Of a DNA stretch of 57,522 nucleotides, positions 1 through 10,050 are shown in pieces. Position numbers and translations under genes: made by a program. The first letter of the stretch is position 1. The number at the start of each line of letters is the position of its first letter. The notes under the pieces are model-generated. The model saw only the letters and a program-made list of their open reading frames with translations. It ran no database searches and was not told the origin of the DNA. Origin of the DNA: Gemmatimonadaceae bacterium (GTDB taxonomy: Bacteria > Gemmatimonadota > Gemmatimonadetes > Gemmatimonadales > Gemmatimonadaceae); NCBI GenBank assembly GCA_040902005.1, contig JBBDYA010000134.1:1-57522 (forward strand). Direction: 5' to 3'.

Positions 1-60
1 GGCCGACCGCGCCGAAGGCGCGCCGAGAACGGACCCGCCGCGAAGCGGCGGCCGAGAACG
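1..60. repeat. REP-like hairpin repeats (GC stem, GAA loop, followed by CCGAGAAC), 2 copies
   Basis: CGCGCC-GAA-GGCGCG-CCGAGAAC and CCGCCGC-GAA-GCGGCGG-CCGAGAAC; same family as 9834-9973. Confidence 0.7.
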
Positions 61-67
61 GTCTTCA

Positions 68-1405
68 TCACTTCACCTCGATGCCGAGAGTGGTGAGAAA
101 CTGCGCGTGAGCCTGGGCCAGCTCCACGCGGTGCAGCGCGCGGGCGACACGCGCGCCAAGCAGGTCGGTCTGCCGGTCCACGTAGTCCGCGGACGTCACG
201 ACGCCCTCGGCGAAGCGCGCGCGCGTTTCGTCGGCGATCCGTTCGCGCAGCGCGATGATCTCGTCGTCCATCGCGAGCGACGCTTCCAGCCGGTCGATGG
301 CGGCAAGGTCCTGCGCCACGCCCCGGTGCAGCTGCCGGGCGAAGGCGTCCTCGTCGGCGGTGAGCACCCGCCGCTGGAGCGCGAGCACCTCGCGCTCGCG
401 CCCGCCCGCGCCCCAGGTCCAGGGCGACCACTCGAGCTGCACCCCGGCCAGCCAGTACGAATCGAACGTATCGTTCAGCGGGTTGAGCCCGGGACGTCCG
501 TATCCCACGCGGCCGAACGCAGAGACGCGCGGCCTGTCCTGCGCGGAGCGCGCCCGCTCCTGTCCCTCCAGCACGTCGCGCGAGCGGGCGAATCGCTCGA
601 ACTCGGGACGCGCCCGCGGGTCGCTCGGGCCGCCGCGCGCGCGCGCCACGTCGTCCGCGTGGTCCGGCAGCGCGAGCACGACCTCGGTGGAGACGGACGC
701 GCCGGTGAGCTCGGCCAGTACGGTGAGCGCAGCCACCCGGCTCGCGGACAGCTCCGCGCGCGCCTGGCGCCGGCGCAGCAGTTCCGCCCGGATCGTGTGC
801 TCTTCGCTGGGCAGCGCGGCGCCCTCGCGCACGCGCGCGGTGGCAACGCTGAGCTGGGCCTCGAGCGCGGCGATCCCGGCGGCGATCTCGTCGCCCTGCG
901 CCTGCGCACGCAGCGCCGCGAAGTAGGCGTCGTTCACCTGGTGACGCAGTGCGAACAGCGCCACGCGCACGGCGGACTCCGCGTGCGCGTGCTGCGCGCG
1001 CTCGATGTCGCGGCGCGCGCCGAGCGTGGGATCGATGAGGCGCTGCGTGGCGCCGATGCGGGCGTCGTACGTGTCGTTCGGCGGCGTGGGTGGCGAGACG
1101 CCACCGGGCAGCACGATCGGAATCCGCGCCACGTCAGACTGGTATTGCGCGTGGCTCTCGACGGTCACCGCGGGCCGCCGTTCGGCGTCCAGGTTGTGCA
1201 GACGCAGCGCCGATTGTCGCGCGAGCAGCTCGAACTGACCGGCACGCGGGTCGGCGCGTCGCGCGCGTTCCTGCAGTGACGCGAGCCGAAGCGTGTCCGT
1301 GGCGGGAGTCTGCGCGCCCAGGGTGGCGCCGGCCACGGGTACGCCGGGGGTGGGGGTGGGGGTGAGCGCGAGCAGGAGGACGGGAAGAAGCGGATGGATT
1401 GTCAT
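68..1405 (-). CDS. TolC-family outer membrane efflux protein
   Basis: Signal peptide; OEP-type helical repeats (VNDAYFAAL, ARFAEGVVTSADYV); start overlaps the TetR stop. Confidence 0.85.
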   Translation of the reverse strand: MTIHPLLPVLLLALTPTPTPGVPVAGATLGAQTPATDTLRLASLQERARRADPRAGQFELLARQSALRLHNLDAERRPAVTVESHAQYQSDVARIPIVLPGGVSPPTPPNDTYDARIGATQRLIDPTLGARRDIERAQHAHAESAVRVALFALRHQVNDAYFAALRAQAQGDEIAAGIAALEAQLSVATARVREGAALPSEEHTIRAELLRRRQARAELSASRVAALTVLAELTGASVSTEVVLALPDHADDVARARGGPSDPRARPEFERFARSRDVLEGQERARSAQDRPRVSAFGRVGYGRPGLNPLNDTFDSYWLAGVQLEWSPWTWGAGGREREVLALQRRVLTADEDAFARQLHRGVAQDLAAIDRLEASLAMDDEIIALRERIADETRARFAEGVVTSADYVDRQTDLLGARVARALHRVELAQAHAQFLTTLGIEVK

Positions 1406-2070
1406 GGGCGCAGCGCGTTGCGGAAGAACTCCGGCAGGTGGGTTTTGCGCTCCTCGATCAGCGCGGCGAACCGGGCGTCGTCGAGCCCCAGCACGAGCGA
1501 CAGCATCGGCCGCGCGGCGAAGGGGAAGATGCAGAGCGAGATGAGGTTCACCACGAACTGCTGCGGCGGGATCGGGCGCATGCGTTTCGCCCTCACCTGC
1601 TGCTTGATCTGTTTCGCGAGCGTCGCGAACACCGGCACGAGCAATTGGTGCGGATCGCCGCCCGTGGCCGTGGCGAGCAGTTTCGCCACGCGCTCCGGGT
1701 TGTGGTGCATCTCCGACAGGAGATACCCGGGCAGAAACGGGTGCTGGGTAAAGGTGTCGAGATAGGTGGCGACGAGCGCGTCGATCTTGGCCTCGAGCGG
1801 CAGCTCGCCGCCCAGGATCCGCGCGAGCGTGGGAAAGAGCCGGCTGGCGAGCTGGATGAACACCGCGCCGCTCAGCCGGTCCTTGGAACGGAAGTAGTAG
1901 TGGAGCAGGGCCTGGTTGACGCCCGCCTCCGCGGCGATCTCCTGCATGCGCGCGCCGGCCGTGCCGCGCCGGATGAACACTCGGCGCGCTGCCTCGAGAA
2001 TGCGCTGCTCCGTTTCGCCGTCGGCGCGCTGCGCCGGGCGGCGCGCTTTACTGGCAGGTGTCTTTGACAT
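1402..2070 (-). CDS. TetR/AcrR-family transcriptional regulator
   Basis: N-terminal HTH: ILEAARRVF...IAAEAGVNQALLHYYFRSKDRL. Confidence 0.95.
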   Translation of the reverse strand: MSKTPASKARRPAQRADGETEQRILEAARRVFIRRGTAGARMQEIAAEAGVNQALLHYYFRSKDRLSGAVFIQLASRLFPTLARILGGELPLEAKIDALVATYLDTFTQHPFLPGYLLSEMHHNPERVAKLLATATGGDPHQLLVPVFATLAKQIKQQVRAKRMRPIPPQQFVVNLISLCIFPFAARPMLSLVLGLDDARFAALIEERKTHLPEFFRNALRP

Positions 2071-2086
2071 TCATCGTATTGTGAGC

Positions 2087-2148
2087 CAACTGTCTGATTT
2101 AATCGTTCAGTTAACGCACATTATGGGCGCGCCCCTGCCTGGGCGCAA
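2087..2148 (-). promoter_or_regulatory. sigma70-type promoter and probable TetR operator for tetR-tolC
   Basis: Minus strand TTGCGC (2148-2143)-N17-CATAAT (2125-2120); imperfect palindrome TTAATCGTTCAGTTAA at 2099-2114 just downstream. Confidence 0.55.
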
Positions 2149-2164
2149 GTGGATGGATGAGAGG

Positions 2165-2587
2165 TTACGCGAGCTCGGCGGTCGCCGAGATGGTCACGCC
2201 CTTCAGGGCGCGCGACACGGGACAGCCGTCCTTCGTCTCGTTCACGATCCGGTCGAAGGTGGCCTTGTCGATGCCCGGCACCGTGCCCTTCACGTGCAGC
2301 ACCATCTTCGTGATGGTCATCTTGTCATCCACCTTTTCCACGGTGCACGCGGCGGACGTTTCCACCTTCGTGCCCGGTGTGCCGTTCTTCTCCAGGTTGC
2401 CGCTCAGCGCCATGCTGAAGCACGCCGCCTCTGCCGCCGCCAGGAGCTCCTCCGGGTTCGAACCGGTGCCGCTCTCGAAGCGCGAGCCAAAGCTGTACGC
2501 GCCGCCGATGCCCGTTTCCCCCTTGAAGCTGCCATTCCCTCCCTTCAGACCGCCATTCCATGTCGCGCTTGCTTTGCGTGTGGGCAT
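2165..2587 (-). CDS. osmC: OsmC-family peroxiredoxin
   Basis: MPTRKASATWNG...YSFGSRFE...NPEELLAAAEAACFSMAL...CPVSRAL; start moved to ATG 2587. Confidence 0.9.
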   Translation of the reverse strand: MPTRKASATWNGGLKGGNGSFKGETGIGGAYSFGSRFESGTGSNPEELLAAAEAACFSMALSGNLEKNGTPGTKVETSAACTVEKVDDKMTITKMVLHVKGTVPGIDKATFDRIVNETKDGCPVSRALKGVTISATAELA

Positions 2588-2701
2588 TGTGACTCCGGTG
2601 CGGGTACCGAGGATGAGTGGTGTGCAACGCGGGCGTTCTTGCAGAACTGGGCCCGACATGATTCTATCAGCTTTCGGCCCAACCTTCAGCACATAGCGCC
2701 C

Positions 2702-2956
2702 ATGCCCTTGGTCATCAAGGTTCGCGAGAACGGCCCGTACGCCATCGACGTCACTACCGGCGACTTTGTGCTCGTGGACCACAACAACGAGCCCATCCCC
2801 ATTCCGCCACTCAAGCCCGGCAAGACCGCCGTCACGCTCTGCCGCTGCGGAGCGTCGGTGAAGAAGCCGTTCTGCGACGGTACGCACAGCCGGATGGGGT
2901 TCCGCGCGGCGGAGGCGGCCGTGCAGGTCGAGGGCCAGCCGCCCAAAACCGAATGA
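2702..2956 (+). CDS. CDGSH iron-sulfur domain protein
   Basis: ENGPY...LCRCGASVKKPFCDGTH; stop overlaps the next start (ATGA). Confidence 0.9.
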   Translation: MPLVIKVRENGPYAIDVTTGDFVLVDHNNEPIPIPPLKPGKTAVTLCRCGASVKKPFCDGTHSRMGFRAAEAAVQVEGQPPKTE

Positions 2957-3999
2957 GCGTGGCCGCGCGGGGCGCGCCGCGCACGGAGGAGGAGCTGGAC
3001 GCGCTGCTCTCCGAGCCGCGCGACGCCACGGTGAACGCGCTGCGCCTGGCACCCGGCGACATCGTGGTGCTGGGCGCGGGAGGCAAGATGGGCCCCACGC
3101 TGTCGCGGATGGCGGCGCGCGCGGCGCGCGCGGCGGACGGCGCGTCACCCCGTCGCGTGATCGCCGTCTCGCGATTCACGTCGGGCGTCACATCCCGGGA
3201 ACTGGAGCGGCACGGCGTGGAGACCATTGCCTGCGACTTGCTGGACGCGAACGCGGTGGCGCGCCTGCCCGACGCACCGAACGTGATCTTCATGGCCGGA
3301 CAGAAGTTCGGCACCATGGACGCGCCGTCGCGCACGTGGATGATGAATGTGGTCGTGCCCGCGCACTGCGCCCGACGCTACGCCGGCTCGCGGATCGTGG
3401 CCTTCTCCACCGGCAATGTGTACCCGCTGGTACCCGCGGACGGCGGCGGAGCGAGCGAAGCGGTGGAGCCGCGCCCCATCGGTGAGTACGCCGCCTCGTG
3501 CCTGGGCCGCGAGCGCGCCTTCGAGTTCGCGGCCCTGGAGCACGGCACGCGCGTCGCCATCGTCCGGCTCAACTACGCAATCGACCTGCGCTACGGCGTG
3601 CTCACCGACCTGGCGCAGAAGATCCTGGACGACGCGATCGTTCCGCTCGCCATGGGGCACGTCAACATCATCTGGCAGGGCGACGCGAACCGTGCCGCGC
3701 TCGAGCTGCTGCCACTCGCCGCGCCGCAGCCGCTCGTCGTCAACGTGACCGGCAGCGAGACGCTGTCGGTGCGCTCGCTCGCCACTCGGCTCGCGCAGCG
3801 CCTGGGCAGAACGCCGCGGTTCGCCGCACTCGAGGCGCGCGACGCACTGCTGAGCGATACCGCGCGCTTCCGCCAGCTGCTGGGCGGCGCCGATCTGCCG
3901 GTGGACACGATGATCGAGTGGGTCGCGGACTGGGTGCGCGAGGGCCGCCCGCTGCTGGGCAAGCCCACCCACTTCGAGGCGCGGGACGGCGCGTACTGA
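2953..3999 (+). CDS. NAD-dependent epimerase/dehydratase family protein
   Basis: GAGGKMG Rossmann motif, STGNVY, RLNYAIDLRYG. Confidence 0.85.
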   Translation: MSVAARGAPRTEEELDALLSEPRDATVNALRLAPGDIVVLGAGGKMGPTLSRMAARAARAADGASPRRVIAVSRFTSGVTSRELERHGVETIACDLLDANAVARLPDAPNVIFMAGQKFGTMDAPSRTWMMNVVVPAHCARRYAGSRIVAFSTGNVYPLVPADGGGASEAVEPRPIGEYAASCLGRERAFEFAALEHGTRVAIVRLNYAIDLRYGVLTDLAQKILDDAIVPLAMGHVNIIWQGDANRAALELLPLAAPQPLVVNVTGSETLSVRSLATRLAQRLGRTPRFAALEARDALLSDTARFRQLLGGADLPVDTMIEWVADWVREGRPLLGKPTHFEARDGAY

Positions 4000-5069
4000 T
4001 GGAGGCGTCGTTTCCCCCCCCCGTCAGCGCGCGCGCGCGATTGCGCTCGGGGGTCGCGATTCCCGCCCACCCACTGGCGCTCACCGCGGCGCGCACGCTG
4101 GACGAACGGCGGCAGCGCGCGCTCACGCGCTACTATCTGGACGCCGGGGCCGGCGGGCTGGCCGTGGGGGTGCACACCACGCAGTTCGCCATCCGCGAGA
4201 CGAACCACGGGCTGTATCGCCCCGTATTGGAGCTGGCCGCCGAGACCGCGCGCGCGTGGCGCGCGCCGCGCGACGCGGAACCCGTGATGGTGGCCGGGGT
4301 CTGCGGCCCGACCAGCCAGGCGGTGGCCGAGGCGGAAACGGCACTCGCGTACGGCTACCACGCGGCGCTGCTCAGTCTCGCCGCGCTGGCCAGCGCGTCA
4401 CGCGAGGAGTTGCTGGCGCACTGTCGTGCCGTGGCGGACGTGATGCCCCTGTTCGGCTTCTATCTCCAGCCGGCCGTTGGCGGGCGCGCGCTGGACTACG
4501 CGTTCTGGCGCGAGTTTGCCGGGATCCCGAACGTGTGGGCGGTGAAAATCGCGCCGTTCGACCGCTACCGCACGCTGGAGGTGGTACGCGCGATTGGTGA
4601 GTCCGGGCGCGACGACATCGCGCTCTACACGGGCAACGACGACCACATCGTCGGCGATCTGGTGGCGCCCTTCCCGTTCAGCGCCGGCGGGGAGCGCAAG
4701 ATGCGCTGGATGGATGGTGGATTGCTGGGTCAGTGGGCGGTGTGGACCAGCCGCGCGGTGGACCTGCTGCATCGCGCGCACACCGCGCGCGCCGGCGGAA
4801 TGATCGACACGGCGTTGCTGCGCGAGGGTGAGGCGCTCACCGATGCGAACGCCGCGATCTTCGACGCGGCGAACGGATTCGCCGGGTGCATCGCGGGCAT
4901 CCATGAAGTGCTGCGACGTCAGGGCCTGCTCGCCGGAACGTGGTGCCTGGATCCGCGCGAGTCGCTGTCGCCGGGCCAGGCCGCCGAGATCGACCGGGTT
5001 TGCCGCGCGTATCCATTTCTGGCAGACGACGAGTTCGTCGAGGCCGGGCGTGACGACTGGCTGGCGTGA
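3999..5069 (+). CDS. Dihydrodipicolinate synthase-like (class I aldolase fold) protein
   Basis: IPAHPLAL, VGVHTTQF, FYLQPAVGG, VKIAPF, LYTGNDD; TGATG coupling to the epimerase gene. Confidence 0.85.
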   Translation: MEASFPPPVSARARLRSGVAIPAHPLALTAARTLDERRQRALTRYYLDAGAGGLAVGVHTTQFAIRETNHGLYRPVLELAAETARAWRAPRDAEPVMVAGVCGPTSQAVAEAETALAYGYHAALLSLAALASASREELLAHCRAVADVMPLFGFYLQPAVGGRALDYAFWREFAGIPNVWAVKIAPFDRYRTLEVVRAIGESGRDDIALYTGNDDHIVGDLVAPFPFSAGGERKMRWMDGGLLGQWAVWTSRAVDLLHRAHTARAGGMIDTALLREGEALTDANAAIFDAANGFAGCIAGIHEVLRRQGLLAGTWCLDPRESLSPGQAAEIDRVCRAYPFLADDEFVEAGRDDWLA

Positions 5070-5071
5070 GG

Positions 5072-5125
5072 CGCCGTCAGCGAACGCCCGTCAGCAAGCG
5101 CCGTCAGCAAACGCCGTTAGCGGTC
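5072..5125. repeat. ~13-bp tandem repeat (consensus AGCGAACGCCGTC), about 4 degenerate copies
   Basis: cgccgtc agcgaacgcccgtc agcaagcgccgtc agcaaacgccgtt; lies between convergent genes. Confidence 0.75.
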
Positions 5126-5630
5126 AGCGTCCCGCAGCAGTCGCCACGAGCTTGCCCACCCACGATTCCTTGGCCGGCTGCTCGAACCGGTCGCGGAAGT
5201 CCGCGGCGTTCGTGATGCTCGTGTCGAACACGATGGTGTCGCCGGACATCGCGCCCGTGGCGAACAACCCGGGCACGTCCTTGCGCGGCGCCATGCGCGG
5301 CGCGCCCGCCGCATCCTTATAGAAGACGCGTCCACCGCCGACGAGCGACGTCCCCAACGACCGCTCCAGCGACTGAAGCCCGCGGAAGAGCACGTCGATG
5401 GAGCATCCGGACGCCTGCTCGGCGGTCGGATCCACGCCGATCACGAGAAAACGCGCGTCTCTCCAATCGCGCGCCGAGCGCAGCGGCGCGCCGTGCGCCT
5501 TCCACTGCGCGAGAAACGCGTCCACTTCGGCGAGCAGCGCGGCGCTCTCGGTGTCGTGCAGGGGACGATCGCTCGCGAAGATCCACACACGCGCAAGGTC
5601 GGGAAGCTCTTTGAATGCGACGGCAGGCAT
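5124..5630 (-). CDS. Conserved hypothetical protein
   Basis: ARVWIF...QWKAHGAPL...ASGCSID motifs; codon usage typical of the genome. Confidence 0.75.
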   Translation of the reverse strand: MPAVAFKELPDLARVWIFASDRPLHDTESAALLAEVDAFLAQWKAHGAPLRSARDWRDARFLVIGVDPTAEQASGCSIDVLFRGLQSLERSLGTSLVGGGRVFYKDAAGAPRMAPRKDVPGLFATGAMSGDTIVFDTSITNAADFRDRFEQPAKESWVGKLVATAAGR

Positions 5631-5649
5631 GCTCGAATACTAAACCGGT

Positions 5650-7125
5650 TCAGTCTTCGGGTCGGCCGAACATCAGCACCATCAGGTGCCGGTCCTCCGG
5701 CCGGGCGAAGATGTACACATAGTCCCCCGGCAGGAGGGCGGTGGTTCCCTTCGGCGGCACCATCTCGTTCCCACGAATGATCAGCGCGATCGCCGCGCCC
5801 TCGGGAAAGGGCAGCTCGGACAGCGGCGCTCCGGTGACGGCCAGCGCCTCGTCCACGTAGAACGTCATCAGGTCGCCGCGAATCGGCTCCATCGACTCCA
5901 GCTCCAGCACGGCGTGCGGACGCGGGGGCTCGTCCGTGTCCATCTGGAACAGTTTCGTCGCCCACGCCACGGTGGCGCCCGGAAGTATCGCGTTCACCAC
6001 CACCACGAAGAACACCACGTTGAAGATCTGGTGCGCGCCGGGCGCGCCGGCGAGCACGGGATAGATGGCGAGCACGATGGGCACCGCACCGCGCAGGCCG
6101 ATCCACCCCGAGTAGCCGATCTCGCGCGCCGTGTAGCGGAACGGCAACAGGCAGAGCGCCACCACGAGCGGGCGCGCGACGAACACCAGGATGAACGCCA
6201 GCAGGAGCCCGACCTTCCACACTTCCGGCAGCTGTCCCGGAAACACCAGCAGGCCGAACACGAGGAACATCACGATCTGGCTCAGCCACGCGGATGCGTC
6301 GTGCGTGCGGATGACACCGGCGCGGTACGGCATGGGGCCATTGCCGAGCACCACGCCGGCCACGTACACCGCGAGGAATCCGCTGCCTTGAAGCAGCGTG
6401 GTGAGCCCGAACGCCAGCAGCGCGGCGGCGAGCGTGACCACCGGATAGAGCCCCAGCGACCGCAGGCGCAGCCGGACCAGCACGGCGCGCGCAACGCGTC
6501 CGCCGGCGTAACCGAGCAGCGCGCCGATCGCCAGCTGCTGTACCACCGCGAACGCGAGCCGGCCGACGTGCAGTCCCTCGCCACGCACGAGCATTCCCGT
6601 CATGGCGATCGTGAGGATGACGGCCATGGGATCGTTCAGCCCGGACTCGACCTCCAGCGTGGAGCCCACGCGGCGCCGTAACCCCATGCCACTGTTGCGC
6701 AACGCGAGAAAGACCGCGGCCGCGTCGGTGGACGACACGATCGCGCCCAGGAGCAGCGCCTGTGGCCATGCGAATCCCAGGAGCTTGGCGCCGACGGCGG
6801 TGGCGCCCGCCACCAGGGCGACGCCGACCGTGGCGAGCAGCCCGGCGGGCTTCCACACCCGGCGCACCGATTCGAGCGGCGTGTTCAGTCCGCCGTCGAA
6901 CAGGATGAGCACCAGCGCCGCGGTGCCCACCCGGAACGCGAATGAGTAATTATTCAGCTCGATGCCGCCGAGCCCCTCCGAGCCGGCCAGCATGCCGATC
7001 GCCAGGAAGACGAGCGTGACCGGGAGACTCGTGCGCTCGAACACGCGCGAAAAAACGACGCTTGCCACCACGAGGGCGGCAAACGTCGTGAAGACGAGAG
7101 CGGTGGCGAGCGGTTCGGGTTGCAC
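5650..7125 (-). CDS. cvrA: K+/H+ antiporter, CvrA/NhaP2 type, with C-terminal TrkA-C domain
   Basis: GMLAGSEGLGG, ILFDGGL, SSTDAAAVF, LEVESGLNDP, GLRGAVPIVLA; GTG start at 7125 inferred. Confidence 0.85.
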   Translation of the reverse strand: MQPEPLATALVFTTFAALVVASVVFSRVFERTSLPVTLVFLAIGMLAGSEGLGGIELNNYSFAFRVGTAALVLILFDGGLNTPLESVRRVWKPAGLLATVGVALVAGATAVGAKLLGFAWPQALLLGAIVSSTDAAAVFLALRNSGMGLRRRVGSTLEVESGLNDPMAVILTIAMTGMLVRGEGLHVGRLAFAVVQQLAIGALLGYAGGRVARAVLVRLRLRSLGLYPVVTLAAALLAFGLTTLLQGSGFLAVYVAGVVLGNGPMPYRAGVIRTHDASAWLSQIVMFLVFGLLVFPGQLPEVWKVGLLLAFILVFVARPLVVALCLLPFRYTAREIGYSGWIGLRGAVPIVLAIYPVLAGAPGAHQIFNVVFFVVVVNAILPGATVAWATKLFQMDTDEPPRPHAVLELESMEPIRGDLMTFYVDEALAVTGAPLSELPFPEGAAIALIIRGNEMVPPKGTTALLPGDYVYIFARPEDRHLMVLMFGRPED

Positions 7126-7223
7126 GGGAGAAAAAAGGCACCAGACCCGTGCACACGGCAAGCGGGCAGACCCCGTGTCCCGGCGGGGCGCCTATCGCCG
7201 GACGTCGTGCCCCGTCTGCCCGC

Positions 7224-7832
7224 TTACCGCCTGACCTCCAGCGATACGGGCTGGCTCAGATAGATGGGCTTTTCCTCGGTGCGGAAACGCAGCACGCGCA
7301 TGAACCAGTTGTCCGACTCGGCCCGTCCTCCGTACTGCATCACGTACCGCGCTACCTCGGCCACGTGCTCGGGGTCCATGCGAAGGCAGCCATGCGACGC
7401 CGCCGATCCGAGCGAGTTGATCTCCCCCGTGCCGTGGATGTAGTACGTGGGTTCCTTGAAGAAGATCTTCACGACCTTCATCGGGTTGCCGGGCTCACCC
7501 GGCCGCTTGGGCGTGTACTTCTTCGCCCACTCGGAGTCGGGTGGAACCCAGCGCGGGTTCCAGATCAGCTTGTTGATGGAGTAGGTGCCGACGGGCGTCT
7601 CGAAGCCGTCGGCACCGACGGCGACCGGATACTGCCACAGCAGCGAGTCCGCCTCGTACATGCGAAGCCGCCTGTCGGACAGATCCGCCACGAGCCGGAA
7701 CCGCGACGGGTCCTCCTCGACGACCCGGGCGCTGTCGCGTGTGCCATTCCCCATCAGCATCGCCGTTCCGGGAATCGAGGCCGCGATCATCGGCACCGCG
7801 GCCAGGTACATCCATTTGCGTCCAGGCTGCAT
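7224..7832 (-). CDS. L,D-transpeptidase (YkuD family)
   Basis: YYIHGT...GSAASHGCLRM; N-terminal hydrophobic segment. Confidence 0.9.
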   Translation of the reverse strand: MQPGRKWMYLAAVPMIAASIPGTAMLMGNGTRDSARVVEEDPSRFRLVADLSDRRLRMYEADSLLWQYPVAVGADGFETPVGTYSINKLIWNPRWVPPDSEWAKKYTPKRPGEPGNPMKVVKIFFKEPTYYIHGTGEINSLGSAASHGCLRMDPEHVAEVARYVMQYGGRAESDNWFMRVLRFRTEEKPIYLSQPVSLEVRR

Positions 7833-7960
7833 TGTCCTTCTCGCTCTCGTCGTGTGGGAGCCCCGTACAAGGGCAAGCGACGTTCCACCAGACTCCGGAT
7901 GTTTCCGCTTGCACGCCGCGCAACAGTGGCGTACCGATAAGCGACCTCAACCCGTCTCGC

Positions 7961-9760
7961 ATGATGCCCATCGCCCGCACGACCCCGCCCCCGGATCGCC
8001 GCGAGTTTCTCACGTACTTCTCCGCCATCGGACTCGGCTCGTCGCTGCTGCCTGGCGTGCTCTGGGGAAAGGTGGCCGAGGGCGCCGAGATAACGACCGC
8101 GACCATTGCCGCCGCGGAGGAAATCGCCGGCGTGTCGTTCACGGAGGACGAGCGCGCGATGATGGTGCGCAGTCTCAACAACACAAAGGCCGCAATCGAC
8201 GCGCTCCACAAGATTCCGCTCGACAACGGCATCGCCCCGGTGCTCACCTTCGATCCCGTCCCGCCGGGCGTGACGCTGCCCGCGAAGCGGCAGGAGCAGC
8301 CGGTGCGCGAGCGTGTGGCAGCGATGGCGCGTCCCGGTTCGCTCGAGGAGCTCGCGTTCCTCCCGGTGGCGGTTCTGTCGGAGATGGTCCGCGCGCGACG
8401 CGTGAAGCCCAGCGAGCTGACGGAGATGTATCTCGACCGGCTCAAGCGATTCGACTCCCGGCTGCACTGCGTCATCACGCTCACCGAGTCGCGCGCGCGG
8501 GAGCAGGCGCGGGCGCGCGACGCGGAGATCGCGCGCGGCAACTGGCGCGGCCCGTTGCACGGCATTCCGTGGGGAGCAAAGGACCTGCTGGCGACGAAGG
8601 GCTACAAGACCACCTGGGGCGCCGGCCCATATAAGGAACAGACCATCGACGCGGACGCGGCGGTGGTGCAGCGGCTCGATGCCGCGGGCGCGATTCTCGT
8701 GGCCAAGCTCACGCTGGGCGAGCTGGCGCAGGGAGACGTCTGGTACGGTGGCGTCACCCGCAATCCGTGGTGGCCGGAGCAGGGGTCGAGCGGCTCGTCC
8801 GCCGGGCCGGCAAGCGCCACCGCCGCCGGGCTCGTGGCGTTCGCGATCGGCACGGAGACGCTCGGCTCCATCTCGTCGCCGGCCACGCGGTGCGGCGTGT
8901 CCGGTTTGCGCCCCACCTACGGCCGCGTGCCGCGCACCGGCGCGATGGCGCTCTCGTGGAGCATGGACAAGATCGGCCCGATGTGCCGGGCAGTGGAGGA
9001 CTGCGCGCTCGTGCTGGACGCGATCCGCGGTCCCGACGGACACGACCTGTCCGTGAAGGAGCGTGCATTCAACTGGAACGCGCGCGTCGCGCCGGCGTCG
9101 TTGCGCATCGGCTACGTGAAGAGCGCATTCGACCGCCCGGAGCGCGATCCCGAGAACCCGGAACGGGTACTGCACGCCACGAAGACGCAGGACGACGCCG
9201 CGCTGGACGTGCTGCGCCGGCTTGGCGCCAACCTGATTCCAGTGGACCTGCCGCCGTCGGTGCTCCAGGGCTCGGGGCTGATCCTCGGTCCGGAAGCCGG
9301 CGCCGCCTTCGAGGAACTTGTCCTCACCGGCCGCTCAAAGGAGATGGTGCAGCAGCACGCGGGCGCCTGGCCCAACACCTTCCGGTCCGCGCACTTCGTG
9401 CCGGCGGTGGATTACATCAACGCCAATCGCGCGCGCCTGTTGCTGATGCGGCACTGGTGGGAGCTGTTCAGCAACCTTGACGTCATCGTGGTGCCCACGG
9501 GCGGCACGAACCAACTGCTCGCCACGAACCTGACCGGGAATCCCGCGGTCATCATACCACACGGATTCCGAGAGGCCCCGCCACTCCCCCGCCCGGCCGG
9601 CGCGGCTGCTGACTCGGCGCAGACGCCAGCACCCCGGCCACAGACGCCCGTCTCCCTCACGTTCCTGGGGCCACTGTTCGAGGAAGAGCGTCCACTCGAG
9701 TTGGCACACGCGTTTCAGCGGGCCACGGACTTCCATCTGCGCAGGCCGCCCGGCTTCTAG
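7961..9760 (+). CDS. Amidase-signature family protein, Tat-exported
   Basis: DRREFL Tat motif; GPLHGIPWGAKD; GSSGSSAG; GTETLGSI. Confidence 0.9.
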   Translation: MMPIARTTPPPDRREFLTYFSAIGLGSSLLPGVLWGKVAEGAEITTATIAAAEEIAGVSFTEDERAMMVRSLNNTKAAIDALHKIPLDNGIAPVLTFDPVPPGVTLPAKRQEQPVRERVAAMARPGSLEELAFLPVAVLSEMVRARRVKPSELTEMYLDRLKRFDSRLHCVITLTESRAREQARARDAEIARGNWRGPLHGIPWGAKDLLATKGYKTTWGAGPYKEQTIDADAAVVQRLDAAGAILVAKLTLGELAQGDVWYGGVTRNPWWPEQGSSGSSAGPASATAAGLVAFAIGTETLGSISSPATRCGVSGLRPTYGRVPRTGAMALSWSMDKIGPMCRAVEDCALVLDAIRGPDGHDLSVKERAFNWNARVAPASLRIGYVKSAFDRPERDPENPERVLHATKTQDDAALDVLRRLGANLIPVDLPPSVLQGSGLILGPEAGAAFEELVLTGRSKEMVQQHAGAWPNTFRSAHFVPAVDYINANRARLLLMRHWWELFSNLDVIVVPTGGTNQLLATNLTGNPAVIIPHGFREAPPLPRPAGAAADSAQTPAPRPQTPVSLTFLGPLFEEERPLELAHAFQRATDFHLRRPPGF

Positions 9761-9833
9761 CGCCGTCCCTAAGCGTCGGAAGGGTGTTCAAAAACGGACA
9801 GTCTGGGACGCGGGCACCCGCGGCGGTGCATCA

Positions 9834-9973
9834 GGCCGACCGGCGCGCCACGGGCGCGCCGCCGAGAACCCACCGCCGCCGCGTAGCGGCGGCGCCGAGA
9901 ACGTTTTGAGCCGCGTAGCGGCGGCGCCGAGAACGTTTTGAGCCGCGGAGCGGCGGCGCCGAGAACGTTGTTA
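9834..9973. repeat. REP/BIME-like cluster: 3 tandem 32-bp units plus one variant
   Basis: GCCGCG(T/G)AGCGGCGGCGCCGAGAACGTTTTGA at 9878, 9910 and 9942; variant GGCGCGCC-ACG-GGCGCGCC-GCCGAGAAC upstream; no spacers. Confidence 0.85.
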
Positions 9974-10050
9974 ATCGTAAACAAACCAAAACCCCAAACT
10001 TTGTGTCCAATCCCTTCGTAGGGCATTCACCCCTGGACTGGACATCCGAG

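Noticed and set aside
9878..9973. Possible CRISPR array (32-bp direct repeats)
   Set aside because: The units are directly adjacent with no spacers, and no cas genes are present.
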